Both the position numbers and the translations under genes were made by a program. From NCBI GenBank assembly GCA_017513865.1, contig JAFWMN010000006.1:107064-171063 (forward strand): a stretch of 64,000 nucleotides of DNA. Direction: 5' to 3'. Below the pieces are notes generated by a model. The model was given only the letters and a program-made list of their open reading frames with translations. It made no database searches and was not told where the DNA came from. Source of the stretch: Bacilli bacterium. Its GTDB lineage: Bacteria; Bacillota_I; Bacilli_A; RF39; UBA660. This document shows, in pieces, positions 58,652 to 64,000 of this stretch. Position 1 is the stretch's first letter. The number at the start of each line of letters is the position of its first letter.

Positions 58652-58682
58652 TAAAACACTAACAAATAAGTTAGTGTTTTTC
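58652..58682. terminator. Bidirectional intrinsic terminator between the tRNA and the convergent minus-strand gene.
   Basis: AACACTAAC-aaataa-GTTAGTGTT plus TTTT. Confidence 0.6.
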
Positions 58683-59327
58683 TTTGGTCCATTTTTTCGC
58701 TTCTTCAAAGATAAAATCGGCTTTTTCTCTTAGGTAATTAGGATTAGAGTATAATTTGTATATTTCTTCATCAGAATAGTTGGATAGGATATAGTTAATA
58801 ATCGTATATGAAAATTTATATCCACCTTTATAATGTCTGAAATCTTTTTTAAGTTTATCAAAATCACATTTATCTAAGTTTTGAAGAGTGTAATCTTGGT
58901 TTGAAAGATTCGTAGCCAAGCCTTCAGCAAACCAAGTTATTTGATTATAATCCATGTGATATGTGTGATGGCATTGATGGACAATTTCATGTAGGACGGT
59001 TTTTTTAATTTTATCTACATTTGCATCTTTATGAGTAGTGTGTTTTATTTGATCTTCAACATTTAATATTCTAATAGTATTAGTCGGGGAATCAGAATCA
59101 GCGGATATATAATTTAAAATTTCTCCGTATTTAGAAATGATAAAATTTTTAAAAGGCTCATAACTAAGTAATATTATTCTTACTTTATTTGGCAATTTTT
59201 CTAAATTGAAGAAATTTAATATTCTTTTTTCATTACTAATAATGTAGTCAATGATATCATTAAAATAAGTATGTGGAAAATCACTTTCAATAATAAAGTT
59301 TTTTAATTCTTTTTTCACGAATATCAC
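58671..59327 (-). CDS. Putative zinc metalloprotease-like protein (HExxH).
   Basis: 'VLHEIVHQCHH' is an HExxH motif. No other domain was recognised. Confidence 0.4.
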   Translation of the reverse strand: MIFVKKELKNFIIESDFPHTYFNDIIDYIISNEKRILNFFNLEKLPNKVRIILLSYEPFKNFIISKYGEILNYISADSDSPTNTIRILNVEDQIKHTTHKDANVDKIKKTVLHEIVHQCHHTYHMDYNQITWFAEGLATNLSNQDYTLQNLDKCDFDKLKKDFRHYKGGYKFSYTIINYILSNYSDEEIYKLYSNPNYLREKADFIFEEAKKWTKEKH

Positions 59328-59422
59328 CTATATATATTATATCATAATTGTAATTTATACTATGTATAATTTGTTGTATGTATATTAAGATTGTGCTAAA
59401 ATTATATTGTAGGAGGTATAAG

Positions 59423-60610
59423 ATGCGTGATTTAGGTACAGTTGTAAGAGGTGTGCGCACACCAATAATTAAAGAAGGAGACGATTTAGCTAATATAGTT
59501 GTTGATTCAATCATGGAGGCTAGTAGAAATAATGATTTTGAATTTAATGATAGGGATGTAATCGCTATTACAGAAGCTGTGGTAGGAATTAGTGAAGGAA
59601 ATTATGTTACAGTTTCTGAAGTGTCAGAGGATATTAAAAGAAAATTTAAAAATCCAGAAGTATTAGGTATCGTTTTTCCAATTTTAAGTAGAAATAGATT
59701 TTCTTTAATTTTAAAAGCTATTGCTAGAAGCACTAAGAAATTATATGTACAGTTATCTTTTCCAAGTGATGAGGTTGGTAATGGAATTTTGGATGAAGAA
59801 AAATTATATAGAAGTGATTATACTTTAGGTAGCGTTATTACAGAAGAAGAATATAGAAAGCATTTTGGTGACTTTCTTCACCCTTTTACAGGAATTAATA
59901 TGATTGATTTTTATAAAGAATTAATTGAAAAAGAAGGCTGTGAAGCTGAATTTGTTTTATCAAATAATGTTTTAGATATTTTAAAATATACCAAAAATGT
60001 TATTAACTGCGATATTCACACAAGATATAGGACTAAAGAAATTTTAAAAGATGGCGGAGCTAATGTTATTGGTTTATTTGAAATAATGACTGAACCAATT
60101 AATGGTAGTGGTTTTAATAAAGAGTATGGGATGCTTGGTTCTAATAAATCAACTGAAGAAAGATTGAAATTATTTCCGAGAACTGGTCAAGAATTAGTTG
60201 AAAAAATTCAAAAGGAGCTAAAAGAAAAGACTGGTAAAATGATTGAAGTAATGGTATATGGGGATGGAGCATTTAAAGATCCCGTAGGGAAGATTTGGGA
60301 ACTTGCTGATCCAGTTGTTTCACCAGCTTATACTAAAGGTTTAGAAGGAACGCCTAATGAAATAAAATTAAAATATGTTTCGGATAATAAGTATGCTGAC
60401 TTAGAGGGCGATGAATTAAAAGAAGCTATAAAAGAAGAAATTAGACAAAAAGAAGATAATTTAAAAGGAAAAATGATAACTCAAGGGACTACCCCTAGAC
60501 GACTTACTGATTTAATAGGATCATTATGTGATTTAACTAGTGGTAGTGGTGATAAAGGAACACCAGTTGTATTTATTCAAGGCTATTTTGATAATCTAGC
60601 AAGTGAATAG
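59423..60610 (+). CDS. CofE-like (F420-0:gamma-glutamyl ligase family) protein.
   Basis: 'VRGVRTPIIKEGDDLANIV' resembles the CofE N-terminal ligand-binding motif (recall only). An AGGAGG RBS precedes ATG 59423. Confidence 0.4.
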   Translation: MRDLGTVVRGVRTPIIKEGDDLANIVVDSIMEASRNNDFEFNDRDVIAITEAVVGISEGNYVTVSEVSEDIKRKFKNPEVLGIVFPILSRNRFSLILKAIARSTKKLYVQLSFPSDEVGNGILDEEKLYRSDYTLGSVITEEEYRKHFGDFLHPFTGINMIDFYKELIEKEGCEAEFVLSNNVLDILKYTKNVINCDIHTRYRTKEILKDGGANVIGLFEIMTEPINGSGFNKEYGMLGSNKSTEERLKLFPRTGQELVEKIQKELKEKTGKMIEVMVYGDGAFKDPVGKIWELADPVVSPAYTKGLEGTPNEIKLKYVSDNKYADLEGDELKEAIKEEIRQKEDNLKGKMITQGTTPRRLTDLIGSLCDLTSGSGDKGTPVVFIQGYFDNLASE

Positions 60611-60682
60611 AAAGCTAACTTTGTTTAGCTTTTTTATTTGCAAAAACAAGTTAGTTTGTTATATAATTTAATTGGTGATAAT

Positions 60683-61315
60683 ATGAAAGAAATTTATTTA
60701 ATTAGGCATTCGGCACCATTTGTGGATATTTTAAATTACAAAGATTTTGAAAATACTGTTTTGTGGGATGAATTTAATAAAAATATGATTTTATCGGTAG
60801 AGGGGGAAGAAAACGCTAAAAAATTATGTGATGTTCCTTGTTTAAAATCTTTGGATGCAGTTTATGCTAGTAATTCAGCTAGAGCAATAGGTACAGCCAA
60901 ATATATTTCAGAAGCAAATAATATTCCTTTGATGCTTGATGATAGAATAAATGAACGTAGTTTTGGAGTTAATTATATAAAAGAGTTACCAGAAGATTAT
61001 AGTGTTAGATCTTTTAATGATAAAGATTTTAAGATGGAAAATGGCGAATCTTTAAATGAGCTTGATAGTAGATTTAACTTATTTATTGATGATATTTTAA
61101 ATAGTGATTATGATAATGTAGCTTTAGTTATTCATGGAATTATCCTACTTTCATTTTTGCAAAATAGTTGTGATTTTAATGCTGACGGGAAAAAGTTTTT
61201 AATTAAATATAATGGTAATATTATTTTGGATGGAAATCCTAAAAATCCTGATATATATAAAGTAGAATTTGATAATAAAAAAGTAATTAATATTAGTAAT
61301 ATAGAAATTAATTAA
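60683..61315 (+). CDS. Histidine phosphatase superfamily (phosphoglycerate-mutase-like) protein.
   Basis: 'IYLIRHSAP' (catalytic RHx) and a later 'VIHG' are present. A GGTGA RBS precedes ATG 60683. Confidence 0.6.
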   Translation: MKEIYLIRHSAPFVDILNYKDFENTVLWDEFNKNMILSVEGEENAKKLCDVPCLKSLDAVYASNSARAIGTAKYISEANNIPLMLDDRINERSFGVNYIKELPEDYSVRSFNDKDFKMENGESLNELDSRFNLFIDDILNSDYDNVALVIHGIILLSFLQNSCDFNADGKKFLIKYNGNIILDGNPKNPDIYKVEFDNKKVINISNIEIN

Positions 61316-61320
61316 GGAGA

Positions 61321-62010
61321 ATGAACATGAATGATTTAATAATATATGGTTTAACATTTTTAGCGGTTATAATAACTGGGGCAGCTCAAGCTTTTATTAC
61401 TTCTGCCTATAAAAAATATAGTGAAGTAGCAAATACCAAAGGTATGTCAGGAGCTACAGCAGCTAGAAAAATTTTAGATGAAAATGGTTTATCTAATGTT
61501 AAAGTTACGGAGGTTAGCGGTTATTTGTCTGATCATTATGATCCTTCAGCTAAAGAAATTAGGCTTTCTAGTAGTAATTTTAATGGAAAGTCTATTGCTG
61601 GACTTAGTGTGGCGGCTCATGAATGTGGTCATGCCATTCAAGATAAGGAAAATTATACTTTTTTAAGGCTTAGAGCTTCTTTAGTTCCCCTTGTAAATTT
61701 TTCCTCTTATGCTGGTTATTTAGCTATTACGATTGGTTGTTTAACGGGGTTAATTGGTATAGTTAAAATAGGAATATTACTGGAATGTGTAATTTTACTT
61801 TTCCAGGTAGTTACTTTACCGGTTGAAATTGATGCGAGTAGTCGAGCTTTAAAGGAAGTAGAAAAATACAACCTTTTGAGTAGCAGCGAGCATGAAAAAG
61901 GAAAGACAGTTTTAAAGGCAGCAGCTTTAACTTATGTTGCTAGTGTAGCTTCAACATTAATTCAAATACTTAGATTAATATTTATGTTTAGGCGAAATGA
62001 TAGAGATTAA
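61321..62010 (+). CDS. YugP-family membrane zinc metallopeptidase.
   Basis: It has an N-terminal TM, 'AAHECGHAIQ' (HExxH) and C-terminal TM helices, as in YugP. Confidence 0.7.
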   Translation: MNMNDLIIYGLTFLAVIITGAAQAFITSAYKKYSEVANTKGMSGATAARKILDENGLSNVKVTEVSGYLSDHYDPSAKEIRLSSSNFNGKSIAGLSVAAHECGHAIQDKENYTFLRLRASLVPLVNFSSYAGYLAITIGCLTGLIGIVKIGILLECVILLFQVVTLPVEIDASSRALKEVEKYNLLSSSEHEKGKTVLKAAALTYVASVASTLIQILRLIFMFRRNDRD

Positions 62011-62027
62011 AAAAATAGTATTAAATA

Positions 62028-62744
62028 CTATTTTTTTATTTCAACACTTACGGGATAGTGATCACTTATATATTTATTTTTATATTTATAATCGTGTTTT
62101 ATAGGATTTTCAAATTTCAAATTTTTATCGATTAGTATGTGATCTAAGTGATATATTTCTTTTTTTGTTGTAAAGGTTTTTCCAATATTTTTAGTGGTAT
62201 CGATGAAATTGTTTTTTTCACAGAAGTTTTTAATTCTTTTTATGCCTAGGTTGAAATCACCGGTCATAATAATTGGTTTATCTTTTTTTAATAAATTTGT
62301 AATACATTTTAACTGAAGCATTTTATTTTTATCTACTTTGTTAGATAAATGAGTATTATAAAGATAAAATTCTTTTGTTTCAATTTCAGTTATTATTCTT
62401 GGGAATTTATCATTTTTAAACTTAGTTTTTGGTATTAATGGAGTTTCTGATAGTGAAAATGTATTAGTTTTTAACACTTTTATTTTTGAATTTACTAATA
62501 TACAGTTATATTCATCAAAAGTTCTATGATTTCTATTTCGGCTTTCACCATAGAAATTATATTGTAAATTGTTTTCTTTTAATAATTTTTCTAATCTTTT
62601 TTTAGCTTTATAAGTCATTTCTTGAGTGCCGATTATATCTGGTTTTTCTTCTTTTATTAAATTTACAAAGCCTTTCAATCTTTTTTTCCATTTACCAAAA
62701 ATAAATAGTCCATCATTTTTTAGATTAAATGTCATTATTTTCAT
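62028..62744 (-). CDS. Endonuclease/exonuclease/phosphatase (EEP) family protein.
   Basis: 'MKIMTFNLKN', 'IIGTQEM' and 'DHYPVSVEI' are present. Confidence 0.75.
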   Translation of the reverse strand: MKIMTFNLKNDGLFIFGKWKKRLKGFVNLIKEEKPDIIGTQEMTYKAKKRLEKLLKENNLQYNFYGESRNRNHRTFDEYNCILVNSKIKVLKTNTFSLSETPLIPKTKFKNDKFPRIITEIETKEFYLYNTHLSNKVDKNKMLQLKCITNLLKKDKPIIMTGDFNLGIKRIKNFCEKNNFIDTTKNIGKTFTTKKEIYHLDHILIDKNLKFENPIKHDYKYKNKYISDHYPVSVEIKK

Positions 62745-62773
62745 GGAATCACCTCTATTTTAAGAAAACGCTT

Positions 62774-63394
62774 TTAAGAGCGTTTCACTTTTTTTCTTTT
62801 TTTAAAATATATTATAACAGTTATAATAAATAAAATAATTAGAACTACTAGTGTTAAATGAGCATAAGTATCGAAGACTGCTAATATCTTTTCCCATTTT
62901 TTACCGACAATGCTTCCGGATATAGAAAGCACAGAATTCCATATTGCTGAACCAACAATGGTGTATAAAAGGAATTTCGGCATTTCCATTTCACTCATAC
63001 CGGCTGGGATGGAAATTAAACTTCTTAATATTGGCACAAATCTGCAGAAAAACACTGTTTTATTTCCTTTGGTATCAAACCATTCATCAGCTTTATCAAT
63101 ATCTTTTTCTTTTAATCTTAATATTTTTCCTATTTTTCCTTTAACTAGTTTTTTTAATCTTTCTTTGTTTAATATTTTTCCAATATAGTATAAGATTAAA
63201 GCTCCTATTAAAGATCCTAAAGTAGAGGCAATTATAACACCAATAATATTTAATTTAGAATAAGTAGTCATAAATCCACCGAATAGTAAAATAACTTCTG
63301 ATGGGATTGGTGGGAATATATTTTCAATTGCTATTAAAGAAAAAACGCCCAAATAGCCAAATTTATTCATAATTGAAATTATAGCAGTTTTCAT
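62774..63394 (-). CDS. DedA-family membrane protein.
   Basis: The 'ENIFPPIPSEVILLFGG' motif and multiple TM helices are present. Confidence 0.8.
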   Translation of the reverse strand: MKTAIISIMNKFGYLGVFSLIAIENIFPPIPSEVILLFGGFMTTYSKLNIIGVIIASTLGSLIGALILYYIGKILNKERLKKLVKGKIGKILRLKEKDIDKADEWFDTKGNKTVFFCRFVPILRSLISIPAGMSEMEMPKFLLYTIVGSAIWNSVLSISGSIVGKKWEKILAVFDTYAHLTLVVLIILFIITVIIYFKKRKKVKRS

Positions 63395-63424
63395 AAAAAC
63401 ACCTCTTTATAAGTATAACATATT

Positions 63425-64000
63425 TTACTCAAATGGTTTATATATTTTAGCGATAGCTTCGGCAACTTTTATACCATCCATGGCAGCACTCATAATTCCG
63501 CCAGCATATCCGGCTCCTTCACCGCAAGGGTATATGCCTTTAATATTACTTATTAAATTATCGTCTCTTATTATTTTTATAGGTGATGACGTTCTGCTTT
63601 CAACAGCTGATAATATGGCATCATCTGAAGCAAAACCATTTATTTTTTTATCGAAGTGTAATATAGCTTCTTTTAACGATGTGTTTATATATTTTGGAAA
63701 TATATTATTTAAATTAGCGAAAGTATAATTTCCTTTAAATATAGGAGCTATATTTCCCAATTTGTTACTTATTTTATTATCTATAAAATCTTTAAATAAC
63801 TGTGTTGGTATTTTCCCTTTTCCCTCATTATACGTTGCTTTTTCTAATTTTCTTTGAAATTTTGCACCATCTAGTGGATTATAACCGAAATCATCAGGCG
63901 TGATAGTTACGATAATTGCGCTGTTGGCATTTTCTTCATCCCTTTTATGGTTACTCATTCCATTTATGGAAAGCATACCTTCTTCTGATGAAGAATTTAC
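63425..64000 (-). CDS. C-terminal part of an FAD-dependent oxidoreductase (HI0933/YhiN-like). The gene continues beyond the window end.
   Basis: 'YPCGEGAGYAGGIMSAAMDGIKVAEAI' is typical of the C-terminus of this flavoprotein family. The frame is open to position 64000. Confidence 0.6.
   Translation of the reverse strand, partial: VNSSSEEGMLSINGMSNHKRDEENANSAIIVTITPDDFGYNPLDGAKFQRKLEKATYNEGKGKIPTQLFKDFIDNKISNKLGNIAPIFKGNYTFANLNNIFPKYINTSLKEAILHFDKKINGFASDDAILSAVESRTSSPIKIIRDDNLISNIKGIYPCGEGAGYAGGIMSAAMDGIKVAEAIAKIYKPFE

Noticed and set aside
1-64000. Alternative genetic code (TGA = Trp, Mollicutes-like), considered because of the very low GC.
   Set aside because: TGA terminates conserved genes at their expected lengths (for example dnaB at 18067-18069, the flavodoxin-like gene, and the M23 peptidase at 19518-19520). 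All conserved proteins are full length in the standard code.
1-64000. CRISPR arrays, prophage or integrated mobile elements, and rRNA genes.
   Set aside because: There are no regularly spaced direct repeats and no integrase, transposase or recombinase genes. The single tRNA-Trp is not next to any integrase. Nothing rRNA-like is present.

Overview
This is a low-GC Firmicutes chromosomal window read in the standard genetic code; TGA terminates conserved genes at their expected lengths. It looks like a spore-forming Clostridia- or Erysipelotrichia-like lineage, because spoIIR, a spoVK-like AAA ATPase, cwlD, a cwlJ/sleB-like hydrolase and whiA are all present. Coordinates follow the supplied ORF track, and my manual base counts agreed with it to within one base.

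Most of the window is housekeeping. It holds folD, uvrB, clpP, lgt, yvcK, whiA, rplI, dnaB, rlmH, murA, rpmE and gpsA (minus strand). An essentially complete S10-spc-alpha ribosomal-protein super-operon runs from rpsJ to rplQ (27.3-41.3 kb) and includes secY, adk, map, infA and a manually found rpmJ, but no rpmD. Further downstream are truA, rplM and rpsI, and then the ybaJ-like methyltransferase, ybaK-like ORF and cwlD that follow them in Bacillus-like genomes. One tRNA-Trp(CCA) lies at 58566-58641. I found no rRNA, CRISPR array, integrase or transposase.

Accessory or unusual content:
1. A SipW-centred secreted-protein locus at 2-4860. It contains a TasA-like protein fragment, a SipW-type signal peptidase fused to a ~250-aa N-terminal 7-TM domain, a bitopic membrane protein, a large FN3-containing secreted protein, and a divergently oriented Lgt paralog with a mutated signature.
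2. A second protein with the same SipW-cognate signal motif (VGYA[AL][FY]xxN[LI]S) at 41366-42514, about 37 kb away. It sits between rplQ and the ecfA genes together with an SDR and an M14 carboxypeptidase.
3. A sortase at 54688-55239 with a putative thioester-domain (TQXA-like) substrate carrying a non-canonical VPDTG sorting signal at 53808-54707. A second SpaA/CnaB-type adhesin with a VPSTA signal lies at 13406-15229.
4. An Abi_2 (AbiD/AbiF-like) abortive-infection gene with its own promoter, between cwlD and htrA.
5. An intracellular serpin translationally coupled to a flavodoxin-like gene.
6. A pair of catalytically degenerate ECF-type ABC ATPases with no EcfT.
7. A small cassette inserted between uvrB and yvlD: an AraC-HTH protein, a small Lys/Glu-rich ORF, a SpoVK-like AAA ATPase and an overlapping clpP.
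8. A micro transcription unit of promoter, SD, 7-codon ORF and terminator upstream of an rRNA-modification operon.
9. A frameshifted small membrane-protein gene.
10. Ribosomal protein L3 with an unusual ~60-aa acidic C-terminal tail.

Several sigma-A promoters, some with perfect consensus, and rho-independent terminators are readable directly in the sequence.
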